Source: an uncultured Candidatus Rokubacteria bacterium (GTDB lineage Bacteria > Methylomirabilota > Methylomirabilia > Rokubacteriales > CSP1-6). Taken from it: a DNA stretch of 64,000 nt. This document shows, piece after piece, positions 9,860-19,057 of this stretch. A program made the position numbers and the translations under genes. The stretch lies in NCBI GenBank assembly GCA_963762145.1, contig CAVXJS010000014.1, positions 544,001 to 608,000 of the forward strand. Reading direction: 5' to 3'. The notes beneath the pieces are model-generated. The model was given only the letters and a program-made list of their open reading frames with translations. It ran no database searches and was not told the origin of the DNA. The stretch's first letter is position 1; each line of letters begins with the position of its first letter.

Positions 9860-11374
9860 GTGAGAACCGGCAGCGAGTACCGTGACGCCCTGCATGACGG
9901 ACGCCGGGTCTGGGTCATCGGCGAGGGGCTCATCGAGGACGTGACGCTTCACCCGGCCACGCGGCCGATGGTGGACGAGTACGTCGCCTGGTACGACCGC
10001 CACCACGACCCCGCGTGGCAGGACGTCCTGCTCGCCCCGTCCGACGGTAGCGGCCCGCGGACCCCGTGGGCCTTCGCGCTGCCGAGGACCTCGGCCGATC
10101 TGCGCGCGATGGGGCGGAGCTACGCCGAGACCATCTTCCTGACCGCGGGCAACATGACCCACACGCCCGGCTACGGGAACCTGATCGCCCTCGGCCTGCT
10201 CGACGTGGTCCAGCAGCGCAACGTCTCGCCGGAGCAGATCGGCGCCGCGGCCGCGTATCGCGATCTGATCGTCCGCACCGGCCGCTTCCTGACCTTCTCC
10301 GCGGGCGCCGCCACCATCGGTTACCGGCTCCGCGAGGACGCCGATCAGCGGGCGGCGCTCCGGGTCGTCCGCGAGACCGGCGCGGGCCTCGTGCTGAGCG
10401 GCAAGGTGGGGATGCACACGAGCCCGGTCTACGCCGAGGACGTGTACATCGGTGCGCACTCCGGAGTGGACCGCGACGGGCACCGGGCCACGTTCGTCGT
10501 GCCGGTGAACGCGCGCGGCGTCACGGTGGTGTGCCGGAAGATCTCGGCCCGCCACGCGAACCCGTTCCTGGCCCCGCTGAGCAGCCGCTTCGACGAGCTG
10601 GACGGGCAGATGTGGCTCGAGGAGGTGCTGGTCCCGTGGGACCGGGTCTTCCTCACCGAGGCGTCGCCCGACCCGATCGCGGCGTGGTGCTTCTGGCATC
10701 AGCTCTACGCCTGGCTCGCCAAGGCCGAGTTCACGCTGGGGCTCGCGCTCGCCTGTGCGCACGCGATGGGGCTCAAGGATCACGAGCCGACGATCGAGCA
10801 CCTGATGGATCTGGTCGTGGACGTGCAGACGGTCCGGAGCTGCCAGACCGCCGCGGAGCTCGACTCGGACGTCTCGACCGCGGGCTACTCCATGCCGGGC
10901 CGGGGCCACGTGGCGGCGGGCAGCATCGCCATGCAGAAGGCGCGGCAGCGCATGGCCGAGATCCTCCGGATCGTGCCGGGCTCGTCGCTCGTGGTGGCGC
11001 CGTCCGACAAGGACCTGACGTCCCCCGAGGTCGGGGCCGGGTTCGAGGAGTCCTTCGGCGGGGGTCAGTACACCGCGCTGCAGCGCGCGGCCCTGCTCCA
11101 GCTCGCCGCCGATCACGTGTCCTCGGCCCTCGACGGCCGCGAGTCGGCCTTCGAGCTGCACGCCAACGGGGGACTCCTGGCCTGGCGCGCGCGGCTCCGG
11201 CGCGCATTCACCGGGTACAACGCGCTGGCCAACGGGGTGCTCCGCTCGCTGGGCCTCGACATGCCCGCGATCGACCTGGACGGTCTCCGGGCCATCGCCC
11301 TGCCGCAGCGCCGGCCCGTCGCGCCGCCCGCCGCCGCCCCGGGGCGGGCCCCGGAGCCGCCGCGATTGGGATAG
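9860..11374 (+). CDS. 4-hydroxyphenylacetate 3-hydroxylase (HpaB/PvcC) family flavin-dependent monooxygenase
   Basis: MRTGSEYRDALHDGRRVW..GE.IEDVT.HP, G.KVGMHT, PLSSRFDELDG..VLVPWDRVF. Confidence 0.85.
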   Translation: MRTGSEYRDALHDGRRVWVIGEGLIEDVTLHPATRPMVDEYVAWYDRHHDPAWQDVLLAPSDGSGPRTPWAFALPRTSADLRAMGRSYAETIFLTAGNMTHTPGYGNLIALGLLDVVQQRNVSPEQIGAAAAYRDLIVRTGRFLTFSAGAATIGYRLREDADQRAALRVVRETGAGLVLSGKVGMHTSPVYAEDVYIGAHSGVDRDGHRATFVVPVNARGVTVVCRKISARHANPFLAPLSSRFDELDGQMWLEEVLVPWDRVFLTEASPDPIAAWCFWHQLYAWLAKAEFTLGLALACAHAMGLKDHEPTIEHLMDLVVDVQTVRSCQTAAELDSDVSTAGYSMPGRGHVAAGSIAMQKARQRMAEILRIVPGSSLVVAPSDKDLTSPEVGAGFEESFGGGQYTALQRAALLQLAADHVSSALDGRESAFELHANGGLLAWRARLRRAFTGYNALANGVLRSLGLDMPAIDLDGLRAIALPQRRPVAPPAAAPGRAPEPPRLG

Positions 11375-11418
11375 GATAGGCAACCGGCAGGCACCGCAGG
11401 CCACATCGGACCGGAGGC

Positions 11419-12429
11419 GTGATGTCGCAAGGTCGGCTCGGGCAAGGGAACGCGATTCCGCGCCGGTCCGTGCTCGCCCTGGCTCCGGGGCTGGTGGCCC
11501 TTGGCGCCTCCCGCGCGCTGGCCCAGCGCCCGCCCCGCCAGGCCCGCATCGGATGGCTCGGATACGTCAATCCGCCGGACCCGGGGTTCGAGAATCTGCG
11601 GCAGGGCCTCGCGGAGCTGGGCTACGTCGAGGCGAAGGACTTCGTGCTGGTCCCGCGCTTCGCGAACGGCGACTTCACCCGGCTGCCCGCGCTGGTCGAC
11701 GAGCTGCTGGCCGAGCGCCTGGACGTGCTGGTCTCGCGCGGCCCGTCGACCGACTACCTCAAGCCGGCCCGCACGCGCGTGCCGGTGGTGTTCGCCTACA
11801 GCGGCGACCCGGTGGCGGCCGGATTCGCGGATAGCCTGGCCAGGCCCGGCCGCAACATGACCGGCATCACCTTCATGGCGCTCGAGCTCTCCAGCAAGCG
11901 CGTCGAGCTGCTCAAGGAGCTGGTGCCGCAGGCCACGCAGATGGCGCTGCTGTCGAATCCGGAGCACGCAGGCGAGCTGGACGAGTACCGGGTGACCGAG
12001 GACGCGGGCCGCCGGGTGGGCGCCACCATCACGCGGTATCTGGCCCGGAGCCCGGTGGAGCTGCCCGCGGTCATGGAGAAGATCCGCGCGAGCCGTCCGG
12101 GGGCGATGATCGTGTTCCCCGATTCGCTCACGCTCGTCCGCCGGCAGGAGATCGCCGAGTTCGCGGCCCGCGAGCGGATCCCCAGCATGTTCGGCTGGAC
12201 CGAGTTCACGGACGCCGGCGGCCTCGCGAGCTACGGGCCGGGCGTGGTCGACAGCTTCAAGATCCTGGCGAAGTTCGTGGACAAGGTTCTCAAGGGAGCC
12301 GACGCGAACCTGGTGCCGATCGAGCAGGTGAGCCGGATAAAGCTGACGATCAACATGGCGGCGGCGCGTCGGATCGGTCTGACGGTGCCTCCGTCGATCC
12401 TGGTCCGGGCCGACCGCGTCATCGAATAG
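11419..12429 (+). CDS. ABC transporter substrate-binding protein (ABC_sub_bind family), stand-alone
   Basis: RR-type signal, GL.ELGYVE, DPV..G...SLARPG.N.TG, KR.ELLKEL.P, GGL.SYG, P.S.LVRAD.VIE. Confidence 0.9.
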   Translation: MMSQGRLGQGNAIPRRSVLALAPGLVALGASRALAQRPPRQARIGWLGYVNPPDPGFENLRQGLAELGYVEAKDFVLVPRFANGDFTRLPALVDELLAERLDVLVSRGPSTDYLKPARTRVPVVFAYSGDPVAAGFADSLARPGRNMTGITFMALELSSKRVELLKELVPQATQMALLSNPEHAGELDEYRVTEDAGRRVGATITRYLARSPVELPAVMEKIRASRPGAMIVFPDSLTLVRRQEIAEFAARERIPSMFGWTEFTDAGGLASYGPGVVDSFKILAKFVDKVLKGADANLVPIEQVSRIKLTINMAAARRIGLTVPPSILVRADRVIE

Positions 12430-12443
12430 CAGAGGAGAAGCTC

Positions 12444-13430
12444 ATGGCCGAGCGCGAGCTGACGTACGGGGAAGCGGTCAAGGAAGCCATCGCGGAGGAG
12501 ATGCGCCGGGACCCGAGCGTCTTCATCATCGGGGAGGACATCGCCGAGGCCGGGCATCCGTTCAAGACCCTGGTCGGACTGGTGCAGGAGTTCGGCACCG
12601 AGCGCGTGATCGACACCCCGATCTCGGAGCCGGGCTACGCGGGCATCGGGGTGGGCGCGGCGATGACCGGCATGCGGCCCATCGTCGACGTCATGTTCGG
12701 CGACTTCATCACCCTGACCATGGACCAGATGGTCAACCAGGCCGCCAAGGCGCACTACATGTCGGGCGGCAAGATCAGGGTGCCGATCGTCTTCCGCACC
12801 ACGCTCGGGGCCACCCGCCGCTCCGCGGCCCAGCACTCGCAGTCGCTCCACGCGTGGGTGAGCCACGTGCCCGGCCTCAAGGTCGCGCTGCCCTCGGGCC
12901 CCTACGAGGCCAAGGGGCTCATGAAGACCGCGATCCGCGACGACAGCCCGGTGGTCATCTTCGAGGACAAGATGATGTACCGCGTGAAGGGCCCGGTGCC
13001 CGAGGGCGACTACACGATCCCGTTCGGGGTGGCCGAGACCAAGCGGGTGGGCAAGGACATCACGATCGTGGCCACCAGCAGCATGGTCCCAGTTTCGCTC
13101 GGGGCCGCGAAGCTTCTGGAGGACGCCGGCATCAGCGCGGAGGTGATCGACCCGCGGACCACGTGGCCGCTCGACAAGCAGGCGCTGATCGACTCGGCGA
13201 AGAAGACGTCGCGCGCCCTCGTGGTGGACGAGGGCTACGAGCGCTACGGGGTCACCGCCGAGATCGCCGCGGTCATCGCGGAGGGCGCCTTCTACTACCT
13301 CGACGCGCCCGTGAAGCGCATGGGCGCGATGGACGTGCCGGTGCCGTTCTCGCCGGTGCTCGAAGACCTCACGGTGCCGTCGGAGCAGACGGTGTTCGAG
13401 GCCGCCAGAGCCCTCTGTCGCAAGGCGTGA
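12444..13430 (+). CDS. 2-oxoacid/acetoin dehydrogenase E1 beta subunit (AcoB/PdhB-like)
   Basis: GEDI, RVIDTPISE, DQMVNQAAK, AAQHSQS, EVIDPRT. AGGAG RBS. Confidence 0.93.
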   Translation: MAERELTYGEAVKEAIAEEMRRDPSVFIIGEDIAEAGHPFKTLVGLVQEFGTERVIDTPISEPGYAGIGVGAAMTGMRPIVDVMFGDFITLTMDQMVNQAAKAHYMSGGKIRVPIVFRTTLGATRRSAAQHSQSLHAWVSHVPGLKVALPSGPYEAKGLMKTAIRDDSPVVIFEDKMMYRVKGPVPEGDYTIPFGVAETKRVGKDITIVATSSMVPVSLGAAKLLEDAGISAEVIDPRTTWPLDKQALIDSAKKTSRALVVDEGYERYGVTAEIAAVIAEGAFYYLDAPVKRMGAMDVPVPFSPVLEDLTVPSEQTVFEAARALCRKA

Positions 13431-15871
13431 GCTTGGCCGCCTCGATCGTCCGCGCCGTCTCCCTGGCCTGCGCCGCCCTGCTCTGGCTGGGCATCGGCGC
13501 GCCGACGGCCCTGGCCGCCGGGCGCGAGCCCGACGCGAGCTCGACCGGTGCCGCCGGAAACGGAGCGGTCAAGAGCGTCCTGTGGCTCGCGGTTTCCCCG
13601 AGGCTGACTCCCGGGCTGCTGGCCCAGGAGCAGGTGTTCCGGGCGACGCTGAAGGCGGGGCTGCCCGAGGGGGTCACGGTCCACGCCGAGTATCTCGAGA
13701 TGACCATCGTCGACGACGAGGCGCTCGAGGAGGACGTGGTGAAGTACCTGGCGGCGAAGTACGCGCGAAAGAAGCTCGACCTCGTGGCCGTCGTCAACAG
13801 CCGAGGGCTGCGCTTCGTCGTGCGCCACCGCGACCGCCTGTTCCCCGCCGTGCCCGTGGCCTTCGGCGGGGTGGACCGGCGCGCGGCCGCCGACATCGCC
13901 CTCACCCCCGACGTCTCCGGCGCCTGGCTGCAGCTGGGCTGGGTGGGCACGCTCGACGCCGCGCGCCGGCTACAGCCGGACCTCGAGCAGGTGGTGGTGG
14001 TCACCGGCGCATCCGCCATCGACCGGAGCTGGGAGGCCACCGCGCGCGCTCAGCTCGAGCCCGCCCGGGGGACCCTGGCCATCATCTACATGGGCGGCCT
14101 GTCGATCGAGGCGGCCATGGAGCGGGTAGCCGCGCTGCCCGCCCGGACCGCGGTGCTCCTGGGCGCCTTCCTGCGCGACGGAGCCGGCCGCGATTTCCTC
14201 GGTCCGGAGATCGTCGGTCGCTTGACCTCGGTCTCGGCCGTCCCCGTCTATGGGATCAGCGACACGTTCATCGGCCACGGGGTGGTCGGCGGACACGTCG
14301 TGAGCTGGGAGGGCCAAGGGCGTCGGCAGGCCGAGATTGGAATCCAGCTCCTGCGGGGAGAGCGCCCGGGTCCGGACGAGACGGGGATGAACGCCTACCG
14401 CTTCGATGCCCGCCAGCTGCGCCGCCTCAACCTGGACCCACGCCGGCTTCCGCCGGGCAGCGTCCTCCTCTTCGAGGAGCCGTCGGTGTGGCAGCAGTAC
14501 CGCGTCTTCATCGTGGGCGCGGCGATCCTGCTCGCGCTGCAGAGCTGGCTCATCGTGGGCCTGCTCGCCAGCCGGGCCCAGCGGCGGGGCGCCCAGGCCG
14601 CGCTCGCGGAGCAGCTGCGGTTCGAGACGCTCGTCTCGAAGGTCCTGACCACGCTCATGACGTCGCCCCACGAGGCCGAGACTCCGGTGGAGCGGGCGCT
14701 GGCCCTGATCGGGGCCGAGCTGGACGTGGACCACGTCCTGCTCGCGGAGCGGAATCCGGCGCGGCGCGCGGCGGACGTCACGCACGCCTGGATCCGCGAC
14801 GGGCTTGGCCCGCTGCCGCCGTGGATCGAGTGGAGCGCGTTTCCGCGGATGGCCCGCCACCTGGGGGAGAAGCGGGCGGTGATCGTGTCGCCCCGGCATC
14901 CCCTGCCCGCGACGGCGGAGACGGATCGCCAGAGCATGCGCGCGATGCGCATGCGCTCGCTCCTCGCGGTCCCGCTGATCCTGGAAGGCACCGCGGCGGG
15001 CTTCCTGAGCCTGGCGACGGTGCGCACCGCGCGGGAGTGGCCCCACGAGCTGGTCGAGCGGTGCCGGCTCCTCGCGGAGGTCTTCGTCAACACGATGGCG
15101 CGTCGCCGCGCGGAGGCCGCGGTCCTCGTCGCCGAGGAGCGCTTCCGGCGCCAGCGGGAGGAGCTGGCTCACGCCCTGCGCGTGAACACCCTGGGGGAGT
15201 TCGGCGTCTCGCTGGCCCACGAGATCAACCAGCCGCTGACCGCCATCACCCTCAACGCGCGCGCCATGGCCGGGCTGCTCACGGGCGGCCCCGCCGAGCG
15301 GGCCAGCGCGGCCGAGGCGCTCGCCGACATCGCGGCCGACGCCCAGCGCGCGAGCGCGACGATCGCCCGGATCCGCGCCCTCTCGCGCCGGGAGCACGCG
15401 CCGAAGGAAGGGCTCAATCTGGACGCGCTGATCGACGAGGTGACCGGCCTCCTCCGGCCGGATTTCGCGCGGCGGCGCATCGCGGTGGGTCGTGTGTCCG
15501 AGCCCGAGCTGCCCTCGGTGTTCGGCGATCCCATCCAGCTGCAGCAGGTCTTCCTGAACGTGCTCATGAACGCGAGCGAGGCCATCAACGACAGTGGCGC
15601 GCCCGACCGCCGCGTCACCGTCGTGTCCACCAGCCCGGCTCCCGGCCTGGTGGAGATCGCCGTCGCGGACACCGGCGGCGGCGCCAAGGACCTGGATCTC
15701 GAGCACATGTTCGAGAGCTTCGTCACGACCAAGCCGGGAGGCCTCGGCATGGGGCTGGCCATCAGCCGGTCCATCGTCGAGGCGCACGGCGGACGAATCT
15801 ACGCCAAGGCCAATGCCGACCACGGCCTCACCGTGCACGTCGAGCTGCCCGTGCTGGGGGCGCGCGGCTGA
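13427..15871 (+). CDS. Sensor histidine kinase (extracytoplasmic SBP-like domain, TM helix, GAF-like domain, HisKA, HATPase)
   Basis: LAHEINQPL H-box, QQVFLNVLMNA N-box, DTGGG, FVTTK, GLGMGLAIS. GTG start overlaps the E1beta stop (GTGA). Confidence 0.9.
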   Translation: MSLAASIVRAVSLACAALLWLGIGAPTALAAGREPDASSTGAAGNGAVKSVLWLAVSPRLTPGLLAQEQVFRATLKAGLPEGVTVHAEYLEMTIVDDEALEEDVVKYLAAKYARKKLDLVAVVNSRGLRFVVRHRDRLFPAVPVAFGGVDRRAAADIALTPDVSGAWLQLGWVGTLDAARRLQPDLEQVVVVTGASAIDRSWEATARAQLEPARGTLAIIYMGGLSIEAAMERVAALPARTAVLLGAFLRDGAGRDFLGPEIVGRLTSVSAVPVYGISDTFIGHGVVGGHVVSWEGQGRRQAEIGIQLLRGERPGPDETGMNAYRFDARQLRRLNLDPRRLPPGSVLLFEEPSVWQQYRVFIVGAAILLALQSWLIVGLLASRAQRRGAQAALAEQLRFETLVSKVLTTLMTSPHEAETPVERALALIGAELDVDHVLLAERNPARRAADVTHAWIRDGLGPLPPWIEWSAFPRMARHLGEKRAVIVSPRHPLPATAETDRQSMRAMRMRSLLAVPLILEGTAAGFLSLATVRTAREWPHELVERCRLLAEVFVNTMARRRAEAAVLVAEERFRRQREELAHALRVNTLGEFGVSLAHEINQPLTAITLNARAMAGLLTGGPAERASAAEALADIAADAQRASATIARIRALSRREHAPKEGLNLDALIDEVTGLLRPDFARRRIAVGRVSEPELPSVFGDPIQLQQVFLNVLMNASEAINDSGAPDRRVTVVSTSPAPGLVEIAVADTGGGAKDLDLEHMFESFVTTKPGGLGMGLAISRSIVEAHGGRIYAKANADHGLTVHVELPVLGARG

Positions 15872-17197
15872 TGCCCACCACCGTGATCATGCCCGCGCTC
15901 GAGCTGGCGCAGGAGACCGGCAAGGTCCTGCGCTGGATCAAGGCGCCGGGCGACACCGTGCGAAAGGGCGAGCCCCTCCTCGAGATCGAGACCGACAAGG
16001 TCACCGTCGAGATCGAGGCTCCCGCCTCGGGCGTCCTGACCAGCGTCACCGCGCAGGAAGGCGACGTCGTCCCGGTCGGCCAGACCATCGCCCTCATCGC
16101 CGCAGCGGGCGAAGCCCCCTACTCCCTTCCACCCTCTCCCCTCCGGGGAGAGGGCAGGGTGAGGGGCTAAGAGGTGAGGGGCCCGCGGTGAGGGCGGGAC
16201 CGTGAAGGCCTCCCCGCTGGCCCGCCGCATCGCGGAGGAGCACGGCGTGGACCTCTCGAGCATCAAGACCTCGACGGGCAAGATCGAGAAGGCCGACGTG
16301 CTCGCGTTCGTGGAGAGCCGGAAGCCGGCGGCGGCCAACGGCGCGGCGACGGGGCAACTGATCGCGGCGTCTCCGAAGGCGCGGCGGCTGGCGGCGGAGC
16401 GCGGGGTGGACCTGCGCGCGGTGCGCGGGTCGGGGCCGGGGGGCGCCGTGCTGGTGGCGGATGTTCCGGCGGTTGCCGCACCTGCACCCCTCACCACCGG
16501 ACCCCTGACCTCACCCTCTCCCCAGAGGGGAGAGGGTGTGAGCACGGTGTGGCGGATCATGGCGGAGCGGATGACCGCGTCGTGGACGACGGCGCCGCAC
16601 TTCTACCTGGTGCGGGAGGTCAACGTGGCGCGCCTGGTCGCGTGGCAGGCGACGGCGCGCAAGCAGACCGGGGCGCACATCACGTACTCGGACCTGCTCG
16701 TGAAGCTGGTCGCCGCGACGCTGGCCCAGCACCCGCGGGTCAACGTGTCGTGGAAGGACGGCGCGCTCGAGCGGCACGCCGAGATCAACATCGGCCTCGC
16801 GGTCGCGCTGGAGGACGGCCTGGTGGTGCCGGTGATCGCGCGGGCCGACACGCTCGGCCTCAAGGACATCGCGGCCCGCCGCGAGGACCTGGTGGCGCGC
16901 GCCCAGGCCGGCAAGCTGCGCCCGGCGGACATCCAGGGCGGGGTGTTCACGATCAGCAATCTCGGCATGTACGGGGTGGATGCCTTCAGCGCCATCGTCA
17001 ACCCGCCGCAGGCCGCGATCCTGGCGGTCGGCCGCATCGCCGACCGCGTGGTGCCGGTCAACGGGCAGCCCGCCGTGCAGCCGACCATGACGCTCACGCT
17101 GTCCTGCGACCACCGTGCCCTCGACGGCGCCCGCGGCGCCCAGTTCCTGGGAGCCCTCGCGGACCTGATCGAGGAGCCCCTGGCCCTCCTCACCTGA
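15871..17197 (+). CDS. Dihydrolipoamide acyltransferase E2, present as two ORFs (lipoyl domain 15871-16170; two PSBD domains plus catalytic core 16202-17197)
   Basis: IETDKVTVE lipoyl-Lys motif, two ASP.ARR.A.E.GVDL domains, TISNLG and DHRALDG catalytic motif. The frame breaks inside a repeat at 16110-16200. Confidence 0.88.
16132..16195 (-). repeat. Palindromic repeat family A, copy 2, in the first E2 linker, followed by two extra GGTGAGGG tails
   Basis: CCCTCTCCCC-TCC-GGGGAGAGGG-CAGGGTGAGGGG, then GGTGAGGGG and GGTGAGGGC. Confidence 0.85.
16487..16538 (+). repeat. Palindromic repeat family A, copy 3, in frame inside the second E2 linker
   Basis: CCCCTCACC...CCCCTGACCT-CACCCTCTCCCC-AGA-GGGGAGAGGGTG, translated as PLTTGPLTSPSPQRGEG. 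Confidence 0.85.
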
Positions 17198-17210
17198 GAC
17201 CGGACACCCC

Positions 17211-18518
17211 ATGCCCCTGACCGACCGCTACGGCTTGCCCGTCACCACGTCGTCGTCCACCGCCTTCGACCGGTTCCAGGAGGGCGTGGACGACCTGCTG
17301 GCCTACGGCCCCGGCGCGGAGGAGCGCTTCGCGGCCGCGCTCGCCGCCGACGAGCGGCTGGCGCTGGCGCACGTGGGACAGGCACTCCTCGCGGCGGTGC
17401 AGGGGGACGCGGCGGCCGCCCGGGCCGCGAGCGCGCGCGCGAGCCAGACGGTGGACGGCGCCACGCGGCGGGAGCGCCAGCACGTCCTGGCGGTGAGCGC
17501 GTTCATCGCGGGCGAGACCGCGCGCGGCCTCGCGCTGGTGGACGAGCACGTGAAGGAGTTTCCGCGCGACGCGATGCTCGTGAACCAGGCGAGCAGCGCG
17601 ATCGCGCTGGCCGGGCGGAGCGACCGCGAGGCGCACCGCGTGGCCTTTCTCGAGGGCCTGGCCCCCGCCTACGGGGACGACTGGTGGTTCCAGTCCGCAC
17701 TCGCCTTCACCTACCACGAGGTGGACCGCTTCGACGAGTCGCGCCGGCTCTCCCAGGCCTCGCTCGACCAGTATCCCCGCAACGCGAGCGCGGCCCACAA
17801 CCTGGCCCACATCGCCTTCGAGACGCTCGACATCCAGGCCGGCTCAGCATTCCTCGACGACTGGATGGCCGGCTATGACCGGCGCGCCCACTTCCACTGC
17901 CACCTCGCGTGGCACCAGGCGATGTTCGCGCTGCACGAGCGCCGCTACGCGCAGGCGCTCGAGCTGTTCGAGCGCGAGATCCTGCCCGCGAGCAATCCGC
18001 GCTCCACCATGACCGACGGCACCGCGCTGCTCTGGCGCGTGCGCCTCGACGGGGCGAGCCCGGCCGCGCTGCCGTGGCGGGCCCTCGCCGACATCGCGGG
18101 ACGGGTCTCGCGGCCCGGCTACCTCTTCGGCGAGTGCCACGCCGCGCTGGCCTACGCCGCGTGCGGTGACGAGGCGGCCCTGACCAAGATGATGGACGGC
18201 CTGCGGGCGCTCGACGCCAAGGGCAATCCGATCGCGGGCCGCGTCGTGCTGCCGCTCGTGCAGGGGACGGCCGCGTTCGCGGCGGGCGACCACGCCGGCG
18301 CGCTGGCCCACTTCGAGCCGGTGGAGGTCGAGATGCACCGCATCGGCGGCAGCCACGCCCAGTGGGAGCTCTTCGAGGAGACCATGGTGGTGTGCTACCT
18401 CGAGCTCGCGCGCTACGACGACGCCCTGCGCCTCGTGCGCCGGCGCCTGGCGCGGCGCGCTTCGCCGCGGGACCAGAAGTGGCTCGCGCGGGCTAGCGCC
18501 CGCGGCGCGGCGGCGTGA
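17211..18518 (+). CDS. Tetratricopeptide-repeat protein, TTC38-like
   Basis: DRYGLPVTT N-terminus, H.LAH..FE, HCHLAWH.A, LLWR, IGGSHAQWELFE. Confidence 0.75.
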   Translation: MPLTDRYGLPVTTSSSTAFDRFQEGVDDLLAYGPGAEERFAAALAADERLALAHVGQALLAAVQGDAAAARAASARASQTVDGATRRERQHVLAVSAFIAGETARGLALVDEHVKEFPRDAMLVNQASSAIALAGRSDREAHRVAFLEGLAPAYGDDWWFQSALAFTYHEVDRFDESRRLSQASLDQYPRNASAAHNLAHIAFETLDIQAGSAFLDDWMAGYDRRAHFHCHLAWHQAMFALHERRYAQALELFEREILPASNPRSTMTDGTALLWRVRLDGASPAALPWRALADIAGRVSRPGYLFGECHAALAYAACGDEAALTKMMDGLRALDAKGNPIAGRVVLPLVQGTAAFAAGDHAGALAHFEPVEVEMHRIGGSHAQWELFEETMVVCYLELARYDDALRLVRRRLARRASPRDQKWLARASARGAAA

Positions 18519-18535
18519 TGAGTGGCCGGGCGCAG

Positions 18536-18566
18536 CCCCTCACCCCGACCCCTTGAGGGGAGAGGG
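18536..18566 (+). repeat. Palindromic repeat family A, copy 4 (degenerate, left arm shortened)
   Basis: CCCCTCACCCCGA-CCCCTTGAGGGG-AGAGGG. Confidence 0.65.
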
Positions 18567-18580
18567 AGGAAGAGAGACGA

Positions 18581-19057
18581 ATGGCCAAGCTGACGCTCAA
18601 GGTGAACGGGACGAGTCGGGAGGTCGAGTCGGACGATCCCGACATCCCGCTCCTCTACGTGCTGCGGGGGGATCTCGGGCTGACCGGCACCCACTTCGGC
18701 TGCGGGCTCGCCCAGTGCGGCGCGTGCACGGTGCTGGTCAATGGCCGCGCGGTGCGCTCGTGCATCGCGCCGGCGCAGTCGGTGGCCGGGCAGGACGTGG
18801 TGACCATCGAGGGCCTGGGCTCGCCCGAGCGGCCCGATCCGCTCCAGGCCGCGTTCATCGCCGAGCAGGCCGCCCAGTGCGGCTACTGCACCGCGGGCAT
18901 GGTGATGAGCGCGCGCGCCCTGCTGGTCCAGACGCCGCGGCCGAGCGAGACGCAGGTGCGCGAGGCGCTGGCCGGCAACCTGTGCCGCTGCGGCAGCCAC
19001 GCTCGCGTGATCCGCGCGGTGCTCCGCGCGGCCGCCGCGAAGCCGGGGGCGCGGTGA
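18581..19057 (+). CDS. (2Fe-2S)-binding small subunit of a Mo-hydroxylase (IorA/CoxS family)
   Basis: GCGLAQCGACTV..C, QCGYC..G and NLCRCG. Confidence 0.93.
   Translation: MAKLTLKVNGTSREVESDDPDIPLLYVLRGDLGLTGTHFGCGLAQCGACTVLVNGRAVRSCIAPAQSVAGQDVVTIEGLGSPERPDPLQAAFIAEQAAQCGYCTAGMVMSARALLVQTPRPSETQVREALAGNLCRCGSHARVIRAVLRAAAAKPGAR

Noticed and set aside
509-15838. Very long alternative-frame ORFs (509..3820, 7538..11404, 13970..15838; likewise 27777..30395 and 35474..38890)
   Set aside because: They are Arg/Gly/Ala-rich shadow ORFs typical of high-GC DNA, overlapping well-supported genes and lacking motifs.
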